Shown here in pieces: positions 1 through 11,649 of a stretch of 64,000 nt of DNA. Where the stretch lies: the NCBI GenBank assembly GCA_030770535.1, contig JASVEC010000021.1, forward strand, positions 248,001 through 312,000, read 5' to 3'. A program made the position numbers and the translations under genes. Source of the stretch: Batkoa obscura. Taxonomy: Eukaryota. Below the pieces are notes generated by a model. It was not told the origin of the DNA. It did no database searches and saw only the letters and a program-made list of their open reading frames with translations. Every line of letters begins with the position of its first letter. The first letter of the stretch is position 1.

Positions 1-41
1 TTTTAATGGAGTATTTTTAACTATTGCATGTTTTTTATAAT

Positions 42-141
42 ATATGGGGATGTATTTTTGTGTAAGAATTTTGCTAATTTTTCCGCTCAAATAGCGCTTA
101 AAAGATACAAAAAGTAATGAAGCTAAAAAACACCCTCATAT
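42..141 (+). mobile_element. MITE family 1 copy (~100 bp, Sola-like ends)
   Basis: ATAT-GGGGATGTATTTTTG ... core CAAATAGCGCTTAAAA ... AAAAAACACCCTC-ATAT; matches many other copies in the window. Confidence 0.85.
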
Positions 142-2456
142 CGTATTTTAAATCATAACTATCTTTTGTAACATAGCTATTCAAATTTAAAACATTGTCA
201 ATAATTTGAAACATATCATATATTGATATAATCAATACCCTATTATATTTCTTATTAAAAAATCCAATAAAAGTCACTAATTGCAACGTTAATTTAAGCA
301 AAACCATACACTGTTGTAACCTTTTCCTTTATATATTTGGTTTTACACAAAAAAAGTTCTACTTAATACTATATAAAATTTTAGCTAGAACCTCCATATT
401 TTTACTAATAAACTAAATCTGCCTAGGGAGATATTTATAAGACAAATAATAATGAGATATTTTTAACCACATAGAGATTGGCTATGGATATCAGTATTTG
501 AAAATGCTTGCCAAAAAAAGTGATTTAACCTCTATAAACATTAAGTATGTTTAAATAGATGCTAATGACTGAAATCAAAACTATTAACGTTTTCAGTAAA
601 TATTTGATAAAATTACTTTGTCTTTTATTCACAAAGCTGTGAAACTTACTTTCATAATATAGTCATACTTTATATTAAATATATTTAAAATGTTGGATTA
701 GGATTTATCATGAAGCAACCTATTTACTATTTTAACATGTTAAAATATAAGAAGCATATAACAGCTTCTCGTACTTCTTTGAGTTTAATGACAATGAGTA
801 ATTTTAAATTTGAGAGTCTCGAAAAGATGTTTAATTGAAGATATAATGTATCATCCATTAAACAAAGAAAAAGTCAATCTGACTTTATACTGCAAAGAAT
901 GGAGCAAATTAGTAGTGTGTATCTTGTAGTAAAATGGAAACCTAAGGCACTACCACGATCACAACGATGAAAAAGAAGTCTACCATGGCTTTAAGAAATA
1001 TCACTATTACGTTAAACATTTGGATCTTAGGTCATTGCTAATTTCGTTAATTCATCATTTAGTATGCCCAAATAGTACCAAACTTTTTATTGAAAAAATA
1101 TTTCAAGATTTGGGCCATTTAGAAGTTAGTTATCCAAGCTTCTATTTTACAATCTCAATAATACCATATCTATCACTAATCATTGTATCATTAGAAACCC
1201 AATATTAGCTATACAGCTGTGATAGGTTCTTCAAGAAGCTATTAATAAATTCAACAACTTAAGAGCTTAAGTTATATCGTATTAACATGGCTTCAAGTAA
1301 ACTCAATTTTTTATTTAACAAACAGTTCTCTCAATTAACTAAATTCTATATCGAATACGTACATACAAACACTTCGAAAAAAATAAAAGCAAATTTTAAC
1401 AACCATACAAAGCTTGATATACCTTACATTACAGATTGTTTCAAATTAGTATTTAATGGAGTATTGGATTTAAAAAAACCAACTGCAACTGATATTGGTA
1501 TAACTGAAGTAACTGTAAAAAGCAAGGTATTTCTATTGAATTAACTAAGTTTAGTGACTTGCAAAAATATTTCATGTAAGCATTTATATTCTATACTTGG
1601 TATACCAATAATCACTTATTTGAGCTTAACGGAGACTTTTAACCTATTCTTTTTAATTAAAGAAGCTTACCCAAAGAATATCAATAATATAACAACTCTA
1701 TGGATTAGAAGCTCAACTTTATAAGTTGATTTTTTGAATTTTTTACGCACGCCATGCTTTTGCCTATATAATCTTGAAATGATAAACCGTAAATCTGAAG
1801 CCGACCTACTACTTACAATCTATAAAACAATAAATGACTCCTCCTTAACCAAAGCCAAATTTAGCTGTATTAGATATTCAAATTTAAATGTTTTTATTAA
1901 TTTTACGTTAATTAGTTTTGAAAACATAAGATTTTCTAAATTTATAAACTATAACGTTTTATTGAAAAATCATAAAAATGATTCTAGATTTTATCTTTAA
2001 TGTAAGTACTATTTCAGGCTTTGTTTATATGCTACTAATAATAACGATTATACAAAAATATGAAATAAATGTTTGTCATATCTACTAAATAACTATTTTT
2101 TCTCTTTATTGTTGATAGGCGAACACCTTACAGTTAGTCGATATTGTTCCAGTGTTTCCACTAGCTAATTGATAGTTATACAATTGATTGTAATAAACTG
2201 TATTCCTCTAACTAGCCTCTCATCTTCATTTTATTGATTTAATAAATGCTGCCGCAGAGAAGTATATGCTAAAAGAGGTGTGTAATCTGTATTATGCTAA
2301 GGCTTTTTTTGTACATCCTCAAAGGACTACTAGCTTGAAAATAGCATTGTCATTTTTTTAGGATGCTTCTTCATACTTTAATCGCGGACCTAAAACCTCA
2401 TGATTTGAAGTGTATGCTACTTGTGATTGATTTGGCATTGCTAGTTTCAGAGGACA

Positions 2457-2558
2457 ATATGAGGTGTTTTTTTTGGCTTCGTTACTTTTTATTTTTTAGG
2501 CACTATTTAGGTGGAAAAACTTGCTAGTAAATTCTTTAAAAAAAATACATCACCATAT
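2457..2558 (-). mobile_element. MITE family 1 copy, first unit of tandem dimer
   Basis: ATAT-GAGGTGTTTTT...AAAAATACATCACC-ATAT; shares ATAT 2555-2558 with the next copy. Confidence 0.8.
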
Positions 2559-2661
2559 GGGGATGTTTTTTTTGATTTCATTACTTTTTCCATCTTTTAA
2601 ACGCTATTTAAGTGGAAAGGTTGTTAACAAAATTCTTGAATGAAAAAATACATCCCCATAT
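2555..2661 (-). mobile_element. MITE family 1 copy, second unit of tandem dimer
   Basis: ATAT-GGGGATGTTTTT...AAAAAATACATCCCC-ATAT. Confidence 0.85.
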
Positions 2662-2694
2662 CGTTTTTCTGCTTGCTAAAACTTCAAAATTAAC

Positions 2695-2737
2695 ATATGA
2701 GAATGTATCAATGAAATCAAAAGAAGCATCCCCATAT
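2695..2737 (+). mobile_element. Internally deleted mini-copy of MITE family 1
   Basis: ATAT-GAGAATGTAT joined almost directly to AATGAAATCAAAAGAAGCATCCCC-ATAT; both ends are kept and the core is missing. Confidence 0.6.
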
Positions 2738-3055
2738 CTTGTTTAAACAATATCCGATTTCTTTATAAAGAATGTTACCATATTGTAAAAAAAGCTTCTC
2801 AAAGTAATAAAATCTAAAAAATATTAATTCTTCAACAAAATTCAAATTTCACAAAGCACAATTGAAGATTTCCTTGCTCAAGAAAAGGTGTTTTATAAAC
2901 ACCTTTGATGGTTTTAAGAAATTCATTTAATAACTTAATGTAAATTTAAAAAGTCATGGGTATAGCCTATAGAGTAAAAAACTATTCTAGTTGATCAGAT
3001 GATTTATTATTTTGTCATATACAAAGTTCATTCAAAATATTATTAAGATCATAAA

Positions 3056-3661
3056 TTAGTATTTTAAGACAGTGCAACTGGAGTCAAATTGGGCTAAAAC
3101 ATTATCAGCATCAAACGTCTCTTGAATTTTTTCATAATTCTTTCTATCCTGGACATATAAGTCAATATGGTTATTTCCAAGGGACCAGCCTACATCTAAA
3201 ATTTTAAAACAACCATTATGCTTTTTACCATTTGGTAATACAAAGTTAGCAAAATCCTTAAGAAACACTTTAGTACCAATTTTATGATCAATTGCTGCTA
3301 AGGATGTATAAATCTCTAATTCATCGCCATTGCTTCCTACTGGTTTACTTTTGGTAAAGCAGCTACAATCATCATTACCACAATTAATGAAATCCCCATT
3401 CCTTAATTTTCCACTTCCTTCTATATGTACCTGTTCCCAATATTCACGCGATACCCTTGCTAATACACCTCCATTGCAGTTGTTGATAGTAGCTTCACTC
3501 CCCAATGGGAAATCATTCTCATCCGCAACCCAGTAATATGTAAGTTTTACTGTGGTTGCTTTATTAGCCTTTAATTCAGTAGCCTCAGATATAGCAGCAG
3601 AAAACACCGGAGCAATAGTTAATCCGGAAAGAGCTAAGTTGTAAAGATATGCAAATTTCAT
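3056..3661 (-). CDS. Secreted 3D-domain (MltA/3D-like, putative peptidoglycan lytic transglycosylase) protein
   Basis: Intronless 201-aa ORF with a hydrophobic signal peptide; motifs LTYY..DE, EGSGKLRNG, AAID..IGTKVF, HNGCF..LDVG...NNHIDLYV fit the three-Asp pattern of 3D domains. Confidence 0.75.
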   Translation of the reverse strand: MKFAYLYNLALSGLTIAPVFSAAISEATELKANKATTVKLTYYWVADENDFPLGSEATINNCNGGVLARVSREYWEQVHIEGSGKLRNGDFINCGNDDCSCFTKSKPVGSNGDELEIYTSLAAIDHKIGTKVFLKDFANFVLPNGKKHNGCFKILDVGWSLGNNHIDLYVQDRKNYEKIQETFDADNVLAQFDSSCTVLKY

Positions 3662-4681
3662 ATTAAGATAAAGTAAAGGAGTATCTATGACTTCCTTTTA
3701 TACTATTTTTTATTACCTGAATATAATAAAAATGTGCTAAGTCTTATTATAAGTCATATTGTTTTCAGTTTATTTCAAATAATTGCTTTTTATAGTATAA
3801 TTTCAAATTTTCTAACAATTTATTGGATTAAATGCTAACAAATAGTGATTATGATGACTAAATTAAGAAGATATTATTTTAAAATAAGTAAAATAAAATG
3901 AACTAGCATAGCAGCTGTTCTTTTTAAAGTCATGTTTATTTATTTCAGGGTATTTTCATATCATTACTTAATACATCTGATATAGTAATAAAACGCTCTG
4001 TTATGCAGCTGTTCCAACTCTTTTGAGAAATACTTAGCGATAGCTTTTATAGTCAACTTATTTTATTATATAATTTTTAAAATACAATCCGTATATTTAG
4101 ATAAGTTTCAGAAAAGCTTTTACTCCTAAACACATAACTAGAGCTTTCGCAGATGAGCTGAAATAGTAGTAGTAATTAAAATTCCATTGGATATAAAAAG
4201 CGTTAGTGTAAATATTTTACTAGTTTAAGTAATCCGCTTTAACAATAGTAACCTCTCTTTTGACCTTAAATGTGAAAATATGAATAATCAATAACTAAGG
4301 TGTTTAAAAAAATCATAATGATCTTATCATATGCTTTCATTTATATCGTTTTTATAAAATTTTAATCAAATGTATTATCAGTATTCATGTTCTTAAACCG
4401 TATTTCAAAATTTTTTGCCTCAGTTTTAACCTCTTTGTTTTTGAATAATGATAATGATACTTGTCCAAACTTCAAAAAATAAGGACGCCACTTAAGTGGT
4501 AGGCATTCTATTTTTCAATCACCTTTATGAAAGTTATCATTTTTGCTTTTTTGCTATTTTGCAACCCGATACATTCCCCTGACTATATTTAATACTCTAA
4601 ATGTATAGCTAGTTGAAGTTCTAAAACTCTAATCCTTTTTTTATAGGGGTATTATTTCATTTCTATAATAGCTAATTCATT

Positions 4682-4786
4682 ATATGGGGATCTTTTTTTG
4701 TCTTCATTGCTTTTTCCATTTTTAAGCGCTATTCGAGTGGGAAGATTGTTAGTAAAATTCTTAAACGAAAAAATACATCACCATAT
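4682..4786 (-). mobile_element. MITE family 1 copy
   Basis: ATAT-GGGGATCTTTTT...TTAAGCGCTATTCGAG...AAAATACATCACC-ATAT. Confidence 0.85.
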
Positions 4787-5445
4787 TGATATGACTTCCT
4801 CTAACAAGAGAAAATTGATATAGTCATTGGAAATTTACTTGATCTTTGTACTCATCGCTTAAAATTTATCTAAAACCCATTGAATTTGACTTATGTTGAT
4901 TTTATAGCGATAGCTTGTTATATGGATTTACTTGTTAAAACCTTCTTTGAATTCTTACGTTTCAGTTTCTTTTGTTATTGATTCTCTGGTAACTTTCTTT
5001 ATAAAATTATTTATCAAAAGTCGACAAATCCTTGTAAAAATATTTAAAATATTCATAGATAGTTTTTTGCAAAGTACTCTATATTATAGATATCGAAGAT
5101 TAAATTGTTAAATTGTTAAATATATTAGACATTTTATCATATGATGAAATGGCCGTAAAAGATATTTTTGTTATATACTTTCTTATAGTTAGGTTGCTGG
5201 ATTTGTTTACTCTAAAATGTATATTGATTAGCTAAAATTATATATTATATTACACATTCTTTTGTTTACAATTAAAAAAATAAATCCTTACACTATTTAA
5301 GTACATGTATTAAATGCTGCGGTTAGTGTTACATTAGTATAAAAGAAATAAGTACTAGCAAAATGGTTTTAGATAAATAGTTAATAAAATAATTAGTTTA
5401 TTAATTTCAATAAAATGAATAACAGTAAAACTTAGCATCAGTAAC

Positions 5446-6906
5446 TTATCTGGTGTTAGTATTTCCATTCCATGAATTTTGGCTAGGATGAGTTAAATCA
5501 TCATCAAAACCAGGTAACATTGTGTCAGTATTTAACGTAAAGTTGGCTTCTTTTAATTCTCCTGGTTTTGTTGGGGTCCATACGTTCCCTTGTAAAAGAG
5601 CTGGTGGTCCCAACTCCTCATCATTATTATTATTGTTACTATGTGATAAGTTTTCCTCATTATTTGCCTTTGATTTCTTTTTAAAAACATACCATATTAT
5701 AACTACAATAATAATTAAACCTAATAGTCCACCAATAGATCCGCCTATAATAGCAGCCAGATCTGAGCCTCTAGCCTTTGATTCACTTAAGTCAGTTGGA
5801 TTATTTCCAGAGTTATCGGTATTAGCAGGTAATGATTTTACAAGGTTCCATTCATTTCCTTTTATATTTACAACCTGAGTATTCGATAAAATATTACCAG
5901 TATGAAAACCAAAGGTATAAATTAGATGATCATTATAATATGATAAGGATCCTAAATAAGCATTAAAAAAATTACTGACTTTGTGTTCTGTATAAACTAA
6001 TGCCGAATTTTTTAGTTCCAATGAATAGATGGAAGATATTGGAAAAGAATCAAATTTAGGAGTGAGACTACCTCCTGCAATAATCATTTTACTACCAATT
6101 ACTACAGAAGAATGACCAAATCGTGGCTCAGGTATATCTCCTTTTGCTGTCATATTGCTCCAAGAACTAGAAGGATAATCGTATACTAATATTTTATCCA
6201 TTGGCCTTACTTTAACAGTATAAGGATTATTGCCACCGACAATATATAATTTGCTTTCATATACTGCTGCTGTATGATCAGATACATATTCTGGTCCATC
6301 ATTTAATTTATTCCATGTGCCATCTACTGCATTTAATAGTGATAAACCCTTTCTACCATCAACTAAAGTCATATTAGGATATGCAGTAACCCCTCCAAAA
6401 TGAAAGTATAAATTTTTATTGTTACTATCTTGAGTTAAAGTTGATAAATAATAGGCATAATTCATTTCATCACCAGCTACTAATTTATCAGGTGCTGGAA
6501 AGGTATCGACTGTTACTTGATTGGATTTCCATATGTTATCTCCTAAATTAAACTTTTTAAAACTATCTTCCTTTTTCCTGTTTTTGCCTCCTACTACAAA
6601 TAAACTCGCATTTCGAGCGTTAACTACTACACTACTAAAATCGGAGATTGGTCCTCCACCATTGGATGTTATTTGCCATGGAGCGTTATTATTGTCATCT
6701 AAACTGAAGCCATCTTTGAGTTTTAATGAATAGACATTGTAATTAAAGTCATGCTTGGAATTCGTACCATCTGGATCAACTATCCCACCAGCGTAATATA
6801 TTACATCATTATAGATTCCACATCCTCCAGCATATAATTTTGGAGCATTTGTAGCAAAAATAATAGAATTAAATTGAATTGTTAGTTGGATTAGTAATAA
6901 AATCAT
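5446..6906 (-). CDS. Kelch-repeat (galactose oxidase-type propeller) type I membrane protein, copy A
   Basis: Intronless 486 aa: signal peptide, repeated GG/W kelch motifs (PEPRFGHSS, IVGG), TM AIIGGSIGGLLGLIIIVVIIWYVF followed by KKKSK, cytoplasmic tail; paralogue of 29433-30860. Confidence 0.9.
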   Translation of the reverse strand: MILLLIQLTIQFNSIIFATNAPKLYAGGCGIYNDVIYYAGGIVDPDGTNSKHDFNYNVYSLKLKDGFSLDDNNNAPWQITSNGGGPISDFSSVVVNARNASLFVVGGKNRKKEDSFKKFNLGDNIWKSNQVTVDTFPAPDKLVAGDEMNYAYYLSTLTQDSNNKNLYFHFGGVTAYPNMTLVDGRKGLSLLNAVDGTWNKLNDGPEYVSDHTAAVYESKLYIVGGNNPYTVKVRPMDKILVYDYPSSSWSNMTAKGDIPEPRFGHSSVVIGSKMIIAGGSLTPKFDSFPISSIYSLELKNSALVYTEHKVSNFFNAYLGSLSYYNDHLIYTFGFHTGNILSNTQVVNIKGNEWNLVKSLPANTDNSGNNPTDLSESKARGSDLAAIIGGSIGGLLGLIIIVVIIWYVFKKKSKANNEENLSHSNNNNNDEELGPPALLQGNVWTPTKPGELKEANFTLNTDTMLPGFDDDLTHPSQNSWNGNTNTR

Positions 6907-8573
6907 TATTTTTTAAAAAAAGATTTGTAATTTTTAATTCTTTAGTCACTTCTATTATTTTTACAATTAATTCACAATAATCAGTAGGCTATTATTTACC
7001 TTAAATTTTCTTATTAAAATTACTTTTTTAATCTTTAATTTATTGAAATATGGGATGGTTGTTACTATACTTGGTTAATAACTTTATTTTTAGCTATTAG
7101 GTTCCAAAAAGCGGCCCTTTTTAAGAACTCTGCATTAGATAATATTTTTTTACTATTTCCGATAATTTAAAGCTTTCAGCCTATATAATATATAAAGCTT
7201 TAAATATACTACAAGTAATATAGTTATAGTTATAAATCCTCGTCTCGTGCAATACTTTAGTATTGAAAAGCATTTTTAAAACACTACAAATATTTGATAA
7301 AATAGAGCTAATATAATTTTTTATACCCCTTGTTCAAAATCCATAATTTTGAAACATTATTTATATTGAGTAATTTTCTGTTATAAAAATTTAAGGTGCA
7401 ATACCCAGAATTATACAACTGTTAAAACTCAAATATGCAATTTTTTGAAAAATTTATTCGGCTACTATTTGTTCACTTGCTTTTTTCAAACTGGGTGACT
7501 CTCAAGCTTTAGCAAAATTTATATCTAAAATTTTATTCTTAAATGAATAGAGCTAGTCTGCTGTACAATTGGTCTATAATACCTGTGTGATTAGAATTTT
7601 AAAAAACATAAGAATATTTTTTCTAATTCTCCTTTTTTTGCTACTTCAAAAATTCAAAAATTAACTGAACGGGATAATAATAAGTTGAATTTGGGTTAAA
7701 AATATTTATGGAGGGTTTTTAAATGTTGCATATTTTATGGGTTATTGCTCCTCCTACCTTTATATAACCTTCATATGAACTTTTTGGCCCATGTTTTACA
7801 AAAGGATAGTTAAAAAATCAAAGTCAATTTTTAATAATTTTATTGGATCTTATTGGTCAAATTGAAAATGAATCTATTGTTATTGCAACTTTCAATAAAA
7901 ATTAACTTAGTTTTTTTCGATTGGAACATTTATTTTAAAACTAAAGTTGTATAAGTCATAAAATACAAACATTATCCATTTTGATTTTAAATAGCAAAAA
8001 CGACAGCTAGTAAAAACATTCACATATATTTTATTAAGATGTTATTGAGAGTTAAATGAAACTATTGTACATAAAACCAGCTAAGATATTCTCGGTTATA
8101 GTAATTCATATTAATTAACAATGTGTATATTAAAACGCTACGACTATTTGTAAATTATTTATATATTCAAAAATATTAAGTTATTTTTACTATTTTTGTT
8201 ATTTTGATACTTGATTTGTGCAAAAATTATACTTAAATACAGCTACTACAGCTTTTTTAAAGTTTTAAATGTTCATTTGAGAGTACGATTTTTGCTAAAA
8301 TTTGGCTACAAATAAGAATTGGGCTTTAATAAGAACAATTAGACAAATAATTGACTATAAAAACCATCACCATATTTTAAAAAGAGATATAATGACTATA
8401 AGTCCAAAATTTAACAAAAAGTATAGTTTAAAGTCTTATCTATTTAAATGTTTGTTAAAATCCTATGAAACACTACTGTTTTACTACATTTATTTTTAAT
8501 TGGTAATAGCCCAAGTAAATTATGATAAAAAACTAAGGAAATTCAATACAATTCAACTCCTATTTATTAAACT

Positions 8574-8674
8574 ATTTGGGGATGTTTTTTTGACTTTATT
8601 ACTTTTCCATTAAGTACTATTTGAGTGGAAAAATTGTTAGTAAAATTCTTAAACATCAAAATATATCCCCATTT
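8574..8674 (-). mobile_element. MITE family 1 copy with ATTT target duplication
   Basis: ATTT-GGGGATGTTTTT...AAAATATATCCCC-ATTT; non-palindromic 4-bp direct repeat on both sides. Confidence 0.85.
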
Positions 8675-8904
8675 TGTTTATCCTTTCTTTTCCACATAAC
8701 GAAAATAACAACTTTTAAAAGACTGCACAAAAAGTTGCTAAAATAGATGGAAATTAGAATTCTCAGTCAATTTTTAAGATGATAATTTTGGCTTTATGTT
8801 CAATTAACAATAAAATTGGACTAGTAAAAGGGGATGACTTCATTGGTTGGTTCAATTACAAAAATTAAAGCATCACATTCTTGATTTTTTTTGATATATT
8901 TGTG

Positions 8905-11398
8905 ATGGAACCTAAAGATAGTGATAGTAACACTATAACGTCTGAAGAAGATGACAAAGGTGTAACTAAATATGAAAAAGAAGTAGGAGGTGACTCTTAT
9001 AGTTCGGATTTAGAATTACCCGTTGAAGAAAATAAAAAATCGAATTTTCGTGAAGAAAAGAGATTATATCCAGAAGAATCAAAAAAGGGTGAGCTTGGAG
9101 ACAATGACTACAATCAATCAAAAGATAATTATGATGGTGCAAAAGAAGAAAAACTAAATAGTCAAGTCAAAAAAATCAAACACCAAATCGAAGAGAGAAA
9201 AGTTAAAAAAGAGGAGTTGAGTTTAAGAGCTGTACCTAAAATTAAATTAACTAGCTTTTCGGTATTCCCAACAATTTCTACTAAAATCGTTACATCTGGT
9301 TATGCTCATATTGATACCTATGGAGCTACTGATCCAACTAATACATTGGCTAATTTGCCTTATTTTGTTAATGAAGTAAGATTCTATTTTAAATAGTTAT
9401 TTTTAATCAATTTTTTAAATTCTATTTACATAGAATGGCCATGAAATTGAGTTAGATATATCTGAAAATTGTATTATATTTCATCCAGGTTCTAAAAATT
9501 TGAGATTGGGATTTGTATCGGATCCATTTCCAAAAGAAGTACCGCATGTCATTGCAAGGAAATTAAAAAAACAAGTCAAAAAAGAAAACAAAGACGAGGA
9601 TGAAGAAGAAAAAGAGGTAGTTGTTAATTTTATCTATTTTTAAAATATGAGTTTTATTAACATAATTAATAGAAAAAGTTAAATCTAGCTATTGATGTTG
9701 GTGAAAAAGAAGTATTAACTCGATTACAAAATGCTAAAAGAAAACCAGTTTATAATGCAATTAATCAAGTACAAAATTATAATTCAAGTACTCAACCAAC
9801 TCCGTTATTAGAACATAATGATCCATTAAGGGAAAAATGGTTTCAAAATGAAAAGAAAGAAGAGGTTATCTTTGGAAATGATGTAATTATTAAATATATT
9901 TACTTTAATAATATTATAATTTATATTTTTAATTTTACATTTAGGTATTAAATTCACATAATATTGAAAAACAATATTTATCAAGATATCCAATAAAATA
10001 TGGTAAATTAAATACGGTGGATTATACTACTCTTATGGAAGTTCGAAGTGATTTGGAAGCTTTATGGGAGTATGCTATTATTAATGAATTAGGATTACAA
10101 AAAAAGTATTTTGAGGTAATAAAAAATTATATTAAAAATAAATAATTAACATCAACATTAAAAATTTAAATTTTATTTAGGGTTATTCAGTTGGTTTAGT
10201 TATCCCAGATACTTATTGTTCCGTTTATTTAACAAATGCTATTGATATCATTTTAAATACATTAGGGTTTTATTCCATTTTTATAATACAGGAATCCGTT
10301 GCAGCTGCCTTTGGAGCTGGTTTATCACAGGCATGTGTAGTTAACATAGGAGCAACAAGAACCAATGTCAGCTGTGTTGAAGATGGAGCTATAATAGCTA
10401 AATCAAGAATTTCTTTACCATATGGAGGGGATGATATAACGAAGCTATTATTTGAATTATTATTAAAATCGAAATTTCCTTATCCCGAATTGAAAATCAA
10501 CACTTTTGAAGGCTGGGAAATTGGCGAAGGACTTAAAAAAATATTGAGTAACTATAATGAATTAGAATTAGCTGTCCAGATTTTTCATTTTTTTGTACCA
10601 AAGTATAATCAAGCTACATTAAGATATGATATCAAGTCCTATGATGAAGGTTTTATTGCTCCAATGTTATTGTTTAATCCTATTATGATGGATGTCAATT
10701 TAAATGATAAATTAAATTCAATTAATAAATCAAGCCCTTGGATTAAAAGTTATGTTCAACAATGGTTAGATAGTGTTTTAGATAGGTTATATCAGGTAAT
10801 ATAATAAACAATATAATTATAATATTAAATTAATGATAAAAAAATTTAGGGTCATAATTTACCTAATGCTAACAAAAAATCAACATTAAATGTAATATCT
10901 ACACCTAACCAAGGTTCGACCCCACTATCTGGTGCTAATATTGCAGAAGAAGAGGAGAATGGCTCTGATGATGATATTAATACCATAGATAATAATGTGA
11001 CTGAAGGGGAGGATAGTGTATGCCATAATTTAACAGATGAAGTCATAGGATTAGATCAAGCAATAGCCAAATCTATAAAAACATGTACAAATGATGAAAC
11101 TACATTAAGAAGATGGTATACTTCGATTGTAGTAACAGGTGGTGGAGCAGCTTTAATTTCTGGATTTGATAAACTATTACAAGAAAAGTTGAGCCATTTT
11201 GCACCCAATAATTGTAATGTTGAAGTATTATCTTCAGTTCGAGATTTGGATCCAAGAAATTTAGCGTGGAAAGGAGCATCCGTTATGGCAAAGTTAGATA
11301 TTACCCAGGAATTGTTTATTAATTTTGCAGAGTGGAATAATAAAGGCATTCATGCTTTAAGAGATAAAATTCTTTTTTCTTGGCCTTTACCTTGGTAA
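8905..11398 (+). CDS. ARP8: Actin-related protein 8 (INO80 complex), about 5 introns
   Basis: Acidic N-terminus, KLTSFSVFPTI, IIFHPGSKNLRLG..SDPFP..VPHVIARK, QESVAAAFGAGLSQACVVNIGA, LPYGGDDIT, SIVVTGGG, DPRNLAWKGASV; GT-AG introns. Confidence 0.9.
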
Positions 11399-11649
11399 GG
11401 AATATGAGATTAGATTCAATATGAGCTAGTATTAGTTAATTGATTAAAGTTTATTTGAGTTTCTATTGATTTTGATAATTTTTTATTAATTTTTATTGAT
11501 TTCATATTAATTTTAAACTGAAGATACATTGATTTAATAGTAACATTGATTTAATTGATCCTAATAACAATTCTAGTGATTATGTATATATTTTGATGAC
11601 GAAACTGCAATCTTATGAAAAAAGAATTCATTTTTTTATAAAAATAAAT

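Noticed and set aside
98..307. 69-aa ORF, and similar small ORFs at 31525-31796 and 36199-36390
   Set aside because: They overlap MITE copies; the shared peptide text (FKRYLS) is just translated repeat
800..2000. Short + strand ORFs with LRR-like pieces (LSLVTCKNISC), a possible F-box/LRR pseudogene
   Set aside because: Fragments are too degenerate to assign, with no coherent frame or splice model
2457..2737. CRISPR-like reading of the clustered repeats
   Set aside because: Units are ~100-bp TIR elements without unique spacers, in a eukaryotic context with no cas genes
3330..3536. Antisense ORFs inside real genes (also 5522, 6521, 11056, 22512, 40413, 52333 and others)
   Set aside because: Shadow frames of well-supported genes on the opposite strand
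7706..7777. Weak TIR-like pair TATGGAGGGTT / AACCTTCATA
   Set aside because: Short and mismatched, without the family core; may be chance
10905..10930. GGTTCGACCCC, resembling a tRNA T-loop
   Set aside because: Inside an ARP8 exon with no cloverleaf; no tRNA or rRNA is supported anywhere in the window
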